A stretch of 64,000 nt of DNA, taken from positions 186,001 to 250,000 of the forward strand of contig OZ025784.1 of NCBI GenBank assembly GCA_964019425.1, in the 5' to 3' direction. The translations under genes were made by a program, and so were the position numbers. Below are positions 1 to 14,702 of this stretch, in pieces. Position 1 is the first letter of the stretch; every line of letters begins with the position of its first letter. The notes under the pieces are model-generated. The model was not told the DNA's origin and searched no databases. It saw only the letters and a program-made list of their open reading frames with translations. The stretch comes from Flectonema sp. DT1601 (Eukaryota).

Positions 1-167
1 TCATAAGCATACGAACTCATCGATGCGTCATCTCTTGTTTTGCTTCTTGTCGGTTCTGTCAATCGTGAACATGTACATGGTCGACATCCGACAACCACTA
101 CGACATCATTTTCATCAACTTTTTCTTTCAAATGATTCCACCAACGATCGTTCTTTAGGAGAAGCAT
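1..167 (-). CDS. Possible 5' end of an unknown gene running off the window edge
   Basis: ATG at 167 preceded by a T-rich tract and AG; open frame MLLLKNDRWWNHLKEKVDENDVVVVVGCRPC... to the window edge; no recognisable motif. Confidence 0.35.
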   Translation of the reverse strand, partial: MLLLKNDRWWNHLKEKVDENDVVVVVGCRPCTCSRLTEPTRSKTRDDASMSSYAY

Positions 168-429
168 ATTTATAAAGGAGGTCTTTTTAGAAAAAAGAAA
201 AAACTTTTTTAAAAAAATGTATCAACTGGGAATCTTAACACACATTTTTTATGACGCGTGTTGGTTTTTTCTTTCTTTCCTGTTGGTGAGAAATCGTTAT
301 ATAAGAAAAACGCAAAATAGAACAACAGAACAAAGTGAAGGTCAGGGTTGTGTAAATATCGGAAAGAAAAAAACTTCAAAAAAAAAAAAAAAAAAAAATC
401 GAACGATCTTTTTTTTTAAAGGATCACAT

Positions 430-1431
430 CTATGTATTAAATTTTTTAAAAAATTCTTTTGCTGATGCCGCTCTCTTTTGTTCTTCTGTTGATGCAAACG
501 GAAATTCATCAAAAGAAGAATAGTCAAAATCACTTTTAAGTTTTGGAACAATCGGAGGAGAGAGCGACTGAGTGATCAGCTGATCCCATTCAATTGCCGT
601 AAAGAACTTATGTTTTTTTATATCATCAATACCTCGTTTGTGTGATCCTAATCGTTTGACTGGATCAGGTACAAGCAACGAACTAATAAACTCGACAGAA
701 GTGGTATCAAACGTATTGGGATACGTTACAACTGCTGCATTTGCTAGTTCGATAGTTTTCATCGGTGATTCACTGTAGAAAGGTGGATAGCCTTGAAGCA
801 ATTCAAAAGTAACGACACCAAATGACCACCAATCAACAGCAGTGGTATACCCGTCACAATTTTGAACTATTTCTGGAGCCATGTACTCTGGTTTACCAAC
901 TATTGAATAAGTCCTCGCGTGAACTCTCTTTGCCATGAACGGATCTGCGAGCTTCAAGTTCCCCTGTTCAGTGAGAAGCATTGACTCAGGTCTCAAGTCT
1001 CTGTATAATATTTGATTTTTATGACAATGACTGAGAGCTAGGAGGACTTGTCCCATATAAAACATCGTCACATCAAGTGATAACGTTCCCAGTGGTGATC
1101 CAGTTTTTTCAGATCTCGCATAAGTCAACAGCTCACCCCCTGGACAGTATTCATGAACGTAGTATTCAGCGATTGAATCACTGAACATTCCATCACAGCT
1201 TGCTAAAAACTTACAGGTGTACACCGACAACAGTTCTAACAGGTTTCTTACCCCTCCTAACGTACCCTCATTAGTCTCAGAAATCCATTCTCTGTCTATG
1301 ACTCGAATCGCCTTGGGTTTTTCTTCTTCTTTGTCACGTGTAAGCCACACACAAGTGCCTTGCCCTCTTCCAATAACTCTTAGCCAATCATATCTCTGTC
1401 TGTCAAGAGTAGCAAATGTGGGAGCGTTCAT
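430..1431 (-). CDS. AGC/PKA catalytic-subunit-like protein, probable pseudokinase
   Basis: YRDLRPES, GKPEYMAPE, VDWWSFG, GYPPFY and C-terminal FxxF; catalytic Lys->Arg (KAIRV), DFG->DPF; first ATG at 1431. Confidence 0.85.
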   Translation of the reverse strand: MNAPTFATLDRQRYDWLRVIGRGQGTCVWLTRDKEEEKPKAIRVIDREWISETNEGTLGGVRNLLELLSVYTCKFLASCDGMFSDSIAEYYVHEYCPGGELLTYARSEKTGSPLGTLSLDVTMFYMGQVLLALSHCHKNQILYRDLRPESMLLTEQGNLKLADPFMAKRVHARTYSIVGKPEYMAPEIVQNCDGYTTAVDWWSFGVVTFELLQGYPPFYSESPMKTIELANAAVVTYPNTFDTTSVEFISSLLVPDPVKRLGSHKRGIDDIKKHKFFTAIEWDQLITQSLSPPIVPKLKSDFDYSSFDEFPFASTEEQKRAASAKEFFKKFNT

Positions 1432-1587
1432 AACCCCCACTCTGTAGTGTAAATGTATTTTTTTTTTTTTTTTTTTTCAAGATAAAGAAATCCTTAAGAA
1501 AAAAATACTAGACAAAGAAAAAATTCTCAGAAGAGAATTTTTTTGAACAAAAACAGTTTGTAAAAACTGCATAATTAGAGATATTTC

Positions 1588-3926
1588 TTATGTGTAATAT
1601 AACCCATCATCATCTGTGTAATGTGATTCGTCAGTGACATAGCGGTCATCCATAGTTTTTCTCTCTCCGACAAGAACCTGAAGCCTCTCAACAGCACTGT
1701 CATAACCATATATTTTTGTGAATCTACGAAACTCTTCCTTTGCATCTTCAAATTTTCTTGAGGCGAATGCTTCATGACCTTTTAAATAGTGTTGTAGCTT
1801 AACTTCTTGAGGTGAATGCTTTGTTAGTTTTAATCCAATTAATTCGTATATTGTTGTCACAGGTGAATCTGGATCCTCTGAAGTAGTGATTAGCTCTAAT
1901 GGTTTGAATGAAAATTCACTAACACGAGACTTGATGAATGAATCACAGAGAACTCCAGCTGCGCAAGAATACAAACTTTGAAAAAACACCATCCTGGATC
2001 CCAATTCCAGGGGATGACCATATGTCGCAGATGCTCGAAAATTGACTGGGGTGGGTGCTTCAGACTGTTTTTTTTTTTTTTTTCTCTCTCCCCCCATCCC
2101 AAGAAAAAAATACTACACACCTCTTCAGAAGAAGCTGCACTTTGACATTCGTTGTGAGTCTGGTACTGCTGAGGATTAATGTTACTACCAATATTGCCTG
2201 ATATGGTCCGACCATATGTAATCGCACAGGCTACCTGAATGTTACTAACTCTGCAATTCAACTGTTGAACGTACATCACGACGTCAATGGCGGATTTGCA
2301 AGCGAGGGTTGATTCGGAGTAGCCTGCATGTGAACTTGAAAAGGAACAAATCATTCTATCACCTTCTATTTGATGAACCAATCCACAGTGAAGGATGGTC
2401 ATGTCTTCTAACAGGCAGACATATTTTGTGAAACAGCCGACGTCTCTGTCTTCTAACTGATGGATCCACAGTAGATTGTATGTAGCAATTGCTCTGTATA
2501 TTTCTTTCATTCCAAGAGCTGTACGAACCTTCATCAGTATGATAGGTTTTGATTCCTGAGAATCAGTTTGTTTTAGTAAAGGTCCAAGAGAATAATCATA
2601 CTCTTTGTGATGCTTTGGAAGCCTATTCATCACTCGATGCATATCACACTCACCGTTTTCATCCGGAGTATACCTATGCGGGAATAACGTTGGAGGCAAT
2701 GCCGGTGCGACAATTTTCAAAGCGGCAGCACACTTCATAAGAGTGAGCTCCAACTTAGTCAACACCTGAGCTGAAGGAGGTAGGGGAATACAAAGATGAA
2801 AATCTGAAAAATGGTTCGTATATTCCACGATTCTATTGAATATATTTGCCATTTCCTGTACCTCAGTTTTAATCGTTGACTCTAAGTCTGCTGACTGCCC
2901 CCTAGAGTATATAATACAAGCTTGTAGAAATGCGAAACATGCACAAGCACCAATTAATGAAGCGCACAGTCTTTTTGTAACGCTGGCGGTCTCCTCTGAA
3001 TCTGAAATCCTTTCTTGAATGCGTGCGATGTATTTTGGTAACGTCGAAACGATGCTTTCTTTTAAAAGCGTTGTGCTGTGTGATTTATTTCCTATGACTG
3101 CCCCACGACTGAGATGAAATCCAGACGTTCCCCAATGACTGCTGAGAGCCTCCCATTGAGAACTTTGCTTTGTCACGTCAATAAAATCTTTGTGATCTGC
3201 CGGCAATGTGCCATCAGTTATTCTCGTTAACAAAGCAAGTCTGCTTGTCAAAGTATTTCTCAACGTGATCGTATCACTGTAAAAAGTACTGTTTTGAGTT
3301 GAATTCATCGAAGCTGCCAGTAATTTTAATTCCAATGCTTCAAGCAGTCTTAATGTTGCTATTCCTATGTTTAATCCAACCGTGGAGAGCTGTAGTGGAG
3401 CTCTTTTAAAACGAGGGGCTGATGTTCCTCTGAGAGAACTGATCACGGAGGCGCTCACTGAAGATATTTGAGTTGAAAAGATCGTCATGACTCTGTCTTG
3501 ACCTACTGTTGCCCAATTCAAGAGCGATCTTTCGTATGAAAATTCTTTCCCACTGAAGACTTCAATGAAATTTTTAAAACCCAATTCAGTTCCATAAGTG
3601 TAATAAATATCCTGAACGGTGTGAATCGTCTCATCAGTTCGTTTACGAAGTCTCTCCAGGTTTGTTTTATTTTCATATCCCGCGAGTTGTCTTATGGATT
3701 CTTGCCTCTCAGCATCCAACTGTTTTATGAGTTCAAGAGCTTTTTCAGTGTGTACGGAGTGGATAGTTAGAGCTTCATAGTATGCCATTTCTTCGTTCTT
3801 ATCATCCCAGGTAACGACAGCCACGAGTATCAATAACACTACCAATCCAACAGATAGCAATCCCTGTCTGCCGACAACTGGAAGCTCGCGAACGATTTCA
3901 TTGACTTTCTTGCTGGCACGAAACAT
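1588..3926 (-). CDS. Membrane NIT-domain / class III nucleotidyl cyclase-like protein; one intron (2065-2120)
   Basis: N-terminal TM; NIT-like LIKQLDAERQES...RKRTDETI; second hydrophobic segment; cyclase-like IEGDRMICSF and AITYGRTISGNIGS. A phase-0 intron GTGTGT...AAAACAG joins the two ORFs (SSEE|SEAP). Confidence 0.7.
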
Positions 3927-4746
3927 TTTAAGAATCTGATGATAACAAAAGAAAAGGTTGTTTCTTTGATTATAATTTTTTTTATTCTTTAAGTGATTCA
4001 AAATGTTAAAAAAGGAAAAAAAAAACACACCCCTGAGTGTTTTGTAAGAAGGATATAAAAGAAAAAAAAAAAACTAAAGCAGAAGAAAAAGATGGTTTAA
4101 AAAAAAAATATATATAACGAGAATTTTTTTCGGAGACCCGTTTTGTGAACTGCTGTTGTTGTTTTATTTCTTCAGAAACGAAACGACCACACCTAAAGCG
4201 CATAAAAAGAGATGGGTAAACTAGAGTACTAAAACTCTGTTGAAAATGCCCTAAACACAACCTACCAGGGAGGAAATTTTCTCTTACTCGGATTCTGGAA
4301 AGGATGCCTTTCCACCATTAGGTGGATTTTGGGGAAAATGAGAGAAAAAAAAAAGAGAAAAAAAAAACTGAGCAAGTACTGTACAAAAGCTGTCAACCCA
4401 TACTATGTATTAACTTTTTTTCCTCAGGGCAAGTTTTGGTTTTTTTTTTTTTTTTTTTTTTTGTAATTGGTTTCACCTTCCCTCCCTTCTATTTTTTTTT
4501 TTTTTCTTTTTTTTCTCATGCCTCTCGCTGCCTTTGTTTCTTTGCAAGCTTCTACAAACACGGAGTGGGTGTACAATACCACCACCACTACTTGTTGACT
4601 TGACTCGTATTGCCTAACCAGTAAGACAAAATATTTTATTTGGTTCTGCTGATCGCAAAAAGAATCGAGTCAGAGAATACATAAAAAAACAAAAAACAAA
4701 AAGAAATCCTCACACTGTCACTCACACTCATGATTGATTATTTTTC

Positions 4747-5868
4747 TTACTTAATGTAAGCCTGGGCAGTGTCGTACAACACCAATACAAGAGCGGCACC
4801 AACGGTACGGAGAACGTTAGCTCCCGCACCCTTGAACATGGCACCAAGACCTTCGTTCTTCATGATCTTAGAGAAGCAGTCAACAGATCCCTTGTACATC
4901 CACTCCTCCTTTGGCTTCTCAGACTGCATCTGGAGACGACGACGGACGGTGTCAAATGGGTATGATGTGTATCCGGCAGCGATGGCGGCGGTCTGTTTTT
5001 TTTATTGTTTTTCATTTTTTTCAATATTAATATCAAAGCTCCCACTCCCATGCTTGCTTGGTCAATAACCCAACGAGAACAACAAAACAAAACGAAACAA
5101 AATAAATTACATACCTGGGCAACAGCGAACTTGGAAGCAAATCCCATGAGACCGAGGTCCTTTGCGTATGGGTTCTTAGTCTTCAGGGTGTCGAAGATTC
5201 CGAAGTAGGTCTGTAGTTGGATTTGATTAGTTTATCTTCACAACTTCCTAAATAACGAAATAATTTTGATATCGCGTGTGTGAAATAAATAATAAAATAA
5301 AAACACATACACCACGGTATGGGATGATACCAACAACAGAGACTCCGAATCCGTTGTAAAGTCCGAGGACTCCCTTTGGTCCTCTGGCGGTCTTTCTCAG
5401 ACAGTCACCGAGACCGTCGAAGTCACGGGCACCTGAACCAACGTCACTGGCAAGACGTGTACGGGCGTAGTCAAGTGGGTACACAATGCAAAGGGAACCG
5501 GCTCCGGCAAGACCTCCGGAGGCCATGTTCACGGCGAAGAATGACCAGAACTCAGTGTTTGGGCTGTATGCTGGGAAGAGAGTCTTGATCAAATCCTTGA
5601 AGGCGAAGTTGAACGCCTGAGTTGGGAAGTATCTGATGATGTTGGTAAAGTTTCCACGCCAGAAAGCTCCGAGTCCCTGCTCAGAGTAGATACGGCTGAA
5701 GCAGTTTCCGATACCGGTGTAACGTGGAACCTCCCCAGAGATGATCTTTGGGTTGGCATCCTGGGTCTGGATGACAAGCTTCACACGCTCGATAGGAGCA
5801 GTGCAGGTCTTGGCGATCGAAGCGGAGGTTCCTCCGATAAGGAAATCGGTAAGAAAGGATGATGGCAT
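4747..5868 (-). CDS. AAC: ADP/ATP carrier copy 1 (exons 5868-5311, 5210-5115, 4992-4747; 299 aa)
   Basis: [50 protein letters not shown]; two GTATGT...CAG introns restore a 300-codon frame. Confidence 0.95.
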
Positions 5869-6563
5869 TTTATTCGAGATGAAATACTGAAGGGAGGAGA
5901 GAGAAAAGAAATTATTCAAAAAAACAATACCTAACTTTCATTGACAGGCTCCAACCACTACGATCTATTTCCTCCCATTGTTATATTTGTGCATCTGTTA
6001 CATATCAATAAGTTGAAACAAACTAATTTAGTATCAAGTGAAGCTTAAAAGGTTTTTTTTTTTTTTTTTTTGATTATGGGAAGAAAACAAAAGAAAGAGA
6101 TGGGAAAATAAATCACGAGCAACCGCTGAATGCAGCGGCTCGGCAGAAAAATGAGAACTGACAAAGGAAGGAAAAAAAATATGCAATAAAAAATATCAAG
6201 GGGAAACTGCTACTCATAAATGGGACCTGAGGGTGAGACACCGTTCTAACGTTAATGCTAGCTTCGGCTACCGCTGGTGTTGTACAAGAGAATGAGTAGC
6301 GTCAGGGAAATAAGCTTTCAGTTCTTCCATTTTTTTTTTTTTTCTTTTTTTTTCCACTTCCTCACCACTTACTAAAATAGAACTTGTTTTCCTGCTTTTC
6401 GAATGGCTGCAAAGAACTGAAAGCATTCCATAAAATAAAAAATAAAAACAAAAATAAAACATGACACTCATACTTGGTTCTTTATAAAAGTTTCTCTTCC
6501 TCACCATACTTATCGCTATTCATCATCACACACATCGCTTAAGTCTGATCACATAAAGCCTAC

Positions 6564-7854
6564 TTACTTAATGTAAGCCTGGGCAGTGTCGTACAACACC
6601 AATACAAGAGCGGCACCAACGGTACGGAGAACGTTAGCTCCCGCACCCTTGAACATGGCACCAAGACCTTCGTTCTTCATGATCTTAGAGAAGCAGTCAA
6701 CAGATCCCTTGTACATCCACTCCTCCTTTGGCTTCTCAGACTGCATCTGGAGACGACGACGGACGGTGTCAAATGGGTATGATGTGTATCCGGCAGCGAT
6801 GGCGGCGGTCTGTTTTTTTTATTGTTTTCATTTTTTTCAATATTAATATCAAAGCTCCCACTCCCATGCTTGCTTGGTCAATAACCCAACGAGAATAACA
6901 AAACAAAACAAAACAAAACAAAACAAAACAAAACAAAACAAAACAAAACAAAACAAAACAAAACAAAACAAAACAAAACAAAACAAAACAAAACAAAACA
7001 AAACAAAACAAAACAAAACAAAACAAAACAAAACAAAACAAAACAAAACAAAACAAAACAAAACAAAACAAAACAAAACAAAATAAAATAAATTACATAC
7101 CTGGGCAACAGCGAACTTGGAAGCAAATCCCATGAGACCGAGGTCCTTTGCGTATGGGTTCTTAGTCTTCAGGGTGTCGAAGATTCCGAAGTAGGTCTGT
7201 AGTTGGATTTGATTAGTTTGTCTTCACAACTTCCTAAATAACGAAATAATTTTGATATCGCGTGTGAGAAATAAATAATAAAATAAAAACACATACACCA
7301 CGGTATGGGATGATACCAACAACAGAGACTCCGAATCCGTTGTAAAGTCCGAGGACTCCCTTTGGTCCTCTGGCGGTCTTTCTCAGACAGTCACCGAGAC
7401 CGTCGAAGTCACGGGCACCTGAACCAACGTCACTGGCAAGACGTGTACGGGCGTAGTCAAGTGGGTACACAATGCAAAGGGAACCGGCTCCAGCAAGACC
7501 TCCGGAGGCCATGTTCACGGCGAAGAATGACCAGAACTCAGTGTTTGGGCTGTATGCTGGGAAGAGAGTCTTGATCAAATCCTTGAAGGCGAAGTTGAAC
7601 GCCTGAGTTGGGAAGTATCTGATGATGTTGGTAAAGTTTCCACGCCAGAAAGCTCCGAGTCCCTGCTCAGAGTAGATACGGCTGAAGCAGTTTCCGATAC
7701 CGGTGTAACGTGGAACCTCCCCAGAGATGATCTTTGGGTTGGCATCCTGGGTCTGGATGACAAGCTTCACACGCTCGATAGGAGCAGTGCAGGTCTTGGC
7801 GATCGAAGCGGAGGTTCCTCCGATAAGGAAATCGGTAAGAAAGGATGATGGCAT
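6564..7854 (-). CDS. AAC: ADP/ATP carrier copy 2 (two introns, second expanded by microsatellite)
   Basis: Near-identical to copy 1 including introns. Confidence 0.95.
6897..7083. repeat. (AAAAC)n microsatellite, ~37 units, in AAC copy 2 intron 2
   Basis: Directly visible. Confidence 0.95.
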
Positions 7855-8084
7855 TTTATTCGAGATGAAATACTGAGGAGGAGAGGAATAACTAAATTTA
7901 ATTTATTATCAACAACTCAAACAGACAACTCCCAATACCTTCGACACGACGCGTCAAAATAAAACAACCCAGTGTTCGCAAGTACCTGAATACAAGCAAC
8001 AGACTGTGGCGGAAAAAAAAAAATAAAAAATAAATTAAAAAGTCCCGTAAAGAATATTTCATTTCGTTGTTTACAATTCATTGT

Positions 8085-9525
<1,441 letters not shown>

Positions 9526-10151
9526 TTAAGGAACTTTAAACGAAAACAGGGCTGTGGAGAATGAAAATTAAAAATTAAGATACCTTCTTAGACAAAACCT
9601 TAAGCACTCAGTTTATTACTAAAAACTACGATACCACCCCTCTGTATGAAGATTGAATTAACATTTTAAATAACAAATGATAATTAGGAGACAATTCATT
9701 TTTTTTTTTTTCTCTGTTAACATAGTCAATAAGGTAAAAAAAATAAAAAATAAAAAACAAAAATAAAAAAAGACACCAAACTTGTTCGCTTCAACCAAGT
9801 GCCCCAATAAAAATAAAAATAAAACCCCTTTCAAAGAAGGAAAACAAAAAAAGATATGAAAAAAAAATATAGAGGGAAAAAGAAATTTCGAAAAGGAAAA
9901 AAAAAAAAAGATATAATTTTACACTCGCAGCAGTAAAAATACAAAATATGAAGGCAAAATGCTACCTCATTTATGCTCACTGAGACTGTAGGAATATAAA
10001 CCCAGTCACACGTAAGTCTGACACCGAAAATTAAAAAAAAAAAAAAAAAAAAAATCGAAAAATCCTCCACAGATCTGACCAGGTTATTTCTTTATACTTA
10101 TCGCTATTCATCATCACACACATCGCTTAAGTCTGATCACATAAAGCCTAC

Positions 10152-11312
10152 TTACTTGATGTAAGCCTGGGCAGTGTCGTACAACACCAATACAAGAGCG
10201 GCACCAACGGTACGGAGAACGTTAGCTCCCGCACCCTTGAACATGGCACCAAGACCTTCGTTCTTCATGATCTTAGAGAAGCAGTCAACAGATCCCTTGT
10301 ACATCCACTCCTCCTTTGGCTTCTCAGACTGCATCTGGAGACGACGACGGACGGTGTCAAATGGGTATGATGTGTATCCGGCAGCGATGGCGGCGGTCTG
10401 TTTTTTTTATTGTTTTCATTTTTTTCAATATTAATATCAAAGCTCCCACTCCCATGCTTGCTTGGTCAATAACCCAACGAGAACAACAAAACAAAACAAA
10501 ACAAAACAAAATAAAACAAAACAAAACAAAACAAAACAAAACAAAATAAATTACATACCTGGGCAACAGCGAACTTGGAAGCAAATCCCATGAGACCGAG
10601 GTCCTTTGCGTATGGGTTCTTAGTCTTCAGGGTGTCGAAGATTCCGAAGTAGGTCTGTAGTTGGATTTGATTAGTTTATCTTCACAACTTCCTAAATAAC
10701 GAAATAATTTTGATATCGCGTGTGAGAAATAAATAATAAAATAAAAACACATACACCACGGTATGGGATGATACCAACAACAGAGACTCCGAATCCGTTG
10801 TAAAGTCCGAGGACTCCCTTTGGTCCTCTGGCGGTCTTTCTCAGACAGTCACCGAGACCGTCGAAGTCACGGGCACCTGAACCAACGTCACTGGCAAGAC
10901 GTGTACGGGCGTAGTCAAGTGGGTACACAATGCAAAGGGAACCGGCTCCAGCAAGACCTCCGGAGGCCATGTTCACGGCGAAGAATGACCAGAACTCAGT
11001 GTTTGGGCTGTATGCTGGGAAGAGAGTCTTGATCAAATCCTTGAAGGCGAAGTTGAACGCCTGAGTTGGGAAGTATCTGATGATGTTGGTAAAGTTTCCA
11101 CGCCAGAAAGCTCCGAGTCCCTGCTCAGAGTAGATACGGCTGAAGCAGTTTCCGATACCGGTGTAACGTGGAACCTCCCCAGAGATGATCTTTGGGTTGG
11201 CATCCTGGGTCTGGATGACAAGCTTCACACGCTCGATAGGAGCAGTGCAGGTCTTGGCGATCGAAGCGGAGGTTCCTCCGATAAGGAAATCGGTAAGAAA
11301 GGATGATGGCAT
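10152..11312 (-). CDS. AAC: ADP/ATP carrier copy 3
   Basis: Near-identical to copy 1 including introns. Confidence 0.95.
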
Positions 11313-11867
11313 TTTATTCGAGATGAAATACTGAAGAAAAAGATAAACTTGATACCATAATAAGAAACTTTAAACTACCTAAAACAATAACAGAGCTCAT
11401 CCACCACCAACACCCCCCATTGATAATTCCCATACCTACTATCAATACGGACACACTACAGGTTGAACGCTCCATGCCCCCATAGGCCGTTTAGGGAGTA
11501 ACTTGAGTCGAATATGGGGAGTCGGGAACCAGGTTGAGCACCCCATCTCCTGTAGCCCGTTACACTTCTTTACATAAACAAGACATATCACGATGAACAC
11601 CAGCAATCTCAAACACTTATTAAATTATCACAACCTGCTTGTGTAGAATATAATTAAATAATACGAAACGACATTAAAAAAAACAAATATTTCTTTTTGA
11701 TATCTCTGCCTGTTTCATGAAGTTGGTCTGCAGCTACGACTAAAAGAGAATAGAGTAAAGAGAAGAGAGCTAACCTAACGACTAATTGCAATTCATCAAA
11801 CTGGCGGGTACTACACAACGGGTATAGACTTCACCTTTATAATTGACGTATGCCTTGGAAAGCCTAC

Positions 11868-12988
11868 TTACTTAATGTAAGCCTGGGCAGTGTCGTACAA
11901 CACCAATACAAGAGCGGCACCAACGGTACGGAGAACGTTAGCTCCCGCACCCTTGAACATGGCACCAAGACCTTCGTTCTTCATGATCTTAGAGAAGCAG
12001 TCAACAGATCCCTTGTACATCCACTCCTCCTTTGGCTTCTCAGACTGCATCTGGAGACGACGACGGACGGTGTCAAATGGGTATGATGTGTATCCGGCAG
12101 CGATGGCGGCGGTCTGTTTTTTTTATTGTTTTCATTTTTTTCAATATTAATATCAAAGCTCCCACTCTCATGCTTGCTTGGTCAATAACCCAACGAGAAC
12201 AACAAAACAAAACAAAACAAAATAAATTACATACCTGGGCAACAGCGAACTTGGAAGCAAATCCCATGAGACCGAGGTCCTTTGCGTATGGGTTCTTAGT
12301 CTTCAGGGTGTCGAAGATTCCGAAGTAGGTCTGTAGTTGGATTTGATTAGTTTGTCTTCACAACTTCCTAAATAACGAAATAATTTTGATATCGCGTGTG
12401 TGAAATAAATAATAAAATAAAAACACATACACCACGGTATGGGATGATACCAACAACAGAGACTCCGAATCCGTTGTAAAGTCCGAGGACTCCCTTTGGT
12501 CCTCTGGCGGTCTTTCTCAGACAGTCGCCGAGACCGTCGAAGTCACGGGCACCTGAACCGACGTCACTGGCAAGACGTGTACGGGCGTAGTCAAGTGGGT
12601 ACACAATGCAAAGGGAACCGGCTCCGGCAAGACCTCCGGAGGCCATGTTCACGGCGAAGAATGACCAGAACTCAGTGTTTGGGCTGTATGCTGGGAAGAG
12701 AGTCTTGATCAAATCCTTGAAGGCGAAGTTGAACGCCTGAGTTGGGAAGTATCTGATGATGTTGGTAAAGTTTCCACGCCAGAAAGCTCCGAGTCCCTGC
12801 TCAGAGTAGATACGGCTGAAGCAGTTTCCGATACCGGTGTAACGTGGAACCTCCCCAGAGATGATCTTTGGGTTGGCATCCTGGGTCTGGATGACAAGCT
12901 TCACACGCTCGATAGGAGCAGTGCAGGTCTTGGCGATCGAAGCGGAGGTTCCTCCGATAAGGAAATCGGTAAGAAAGGATGATGGCAT
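11868..12988 (-). CDS. AAC: ADP/ATP carrier copy 4
   Basis: Near-identical to copy 1 including introns. Confidence 0.95.
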
Positions 12989-13404
12989 TTTATTCGAGAT
13001 GAAATACTGAAGAAATATAAATAATGATAAGTAAAAACACAACACACAAACTCACCAAATTTGAACTCTGAGCCTGCAGCACCGACATAACGCTACCCAC
13101 ACAACAATACTTTCATAAATACGGAACACCAGAAGTAAACGTCGTTGTTACTCAAAGCTGTCAAGCAGCTGACCTGTTGGGGGATGAAAATAATGATAAA
13201 AATATCAACGTTGACGGAGGGTACTTTCCCGTCCAAGAACTGATCGCCAGTTCCCCTTTTCGTTGATAAAAATTATCGTTCTTTATTATTGTTTTTTTTT
13301 TATCACCCAACACTTATAGCTCATACACAACATCACGCGCGAACTCAATATAAGCTACCCACAACCCGAGGAGGTGGAAAGGGAGGAAGACATCATCAAC
13401 ATAT

Positions 13405-14565
13405 TTACTTGATGTAAGCCTGGGCAGTGTCGTACAACACCAATACAAGAGCGGCACCAACGGTACGGAGAACGTTAGCTCCCGCACCCTTGAACATGGC
13501 ACCAAGACCTTCGTTCTTCATGATCTTAGAGAAGCAGTCAACAGATCCCTTGTACATCCACTCCTCCTTTGGCTTCTCAGACTGCATCTGGAGACGACGA
13601 CGGACGGTGTCAAATGGGTATGATGTGTATCCGGCAGCGATGGCGGCGGTCTGTTTTTTTTATTGTTTTCATTTTTTTCAATATTAATATCAAAGCTCCC
13701 ACTCTCATGCTTGCTTGGTCAATAACCCAACTAGAATAACAAAACAAAACAAAACAAAACAAAACAAAACAAAACAAAACAAAACAAAACAAAACAAAAT
13801 AAATTACATACCTGGGCAACAGCGAACTTGGAAGCAAATCCCATGAGACCGAGGTCCTTTGCGTATGGGTTCTTAGTCTTCAGGGTGTCGAAGATTCCGA
13901 AGTAGGTCTGTAGTTGGATTTGATTAGTTTGTCTTCACAACTTCCTAAATAACGAAATAATTTTGATATCGCGTGTGAGAAATAAATAATAAAATAAAAA
14001 CACATACACCACGGTATGGGATGATACCAACAACAGAGACTCCGAATCCGTTGTAAAGTCCGAGGACTCCCTTTGGTCCTCTGGCGGTCTTTCTCAGACA
14101 GTCACCGAGACCGTCGAAGTCACGGGCACCTGAACCAACGTCACTGGCAAGACGTGTACGGGCGTAGTCAAGTGGGTACACAATGCAAAGGGAACCGGCT
14201 CCAGCAAGACCTCCGGAGGCCATGTTCACGGCGAAGAATGACCAGAACTCAGTGTTTGGGCTGTATGCTGGGAAGAGAGTCTTGATCAAATCCTTGAAGG
14301 CGAAGTTGAACGCCTGAGTTGGGAAGTATCTGATGATGTTGGTAAAGTTTCCACGCCAGAAAGCTCCGAGTCCCTGCTCAGAGTAGATACGGCTGAAGCA
14401 GTTTCCGATACCGGTGTAACGTGGAACCTCCCCAGAGATGATCTTTGGGTTGGCATCCTGGGTCTGGATGACAAGCTTCACACGCTCGATAGGAGCAGTG
14501 CAGGTCTTGGCGATCGAAGCGGAGGTTCCTCCGATAAGGAAATCGGTAAGAAAGGATGATGGCAT
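13405..14565 (-). CDS. AAC: ADP/ATP carrier copy 5
   Basis: Near-identical to copy 1 including introns. Confidence 0.95.
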
Positions 14566-14702
14566 TTTATTCGAGATGAAATACTGAAGGGAGGAGAGAG
14601 AAAAGAAATTATTCAAAAAAAACAATACCAAACCACTCACACATTTGGAAACCTAATATTTGATACATTCTAACCCCCTCCCCGTTGGCGTAGAATTGAT
14701 TA

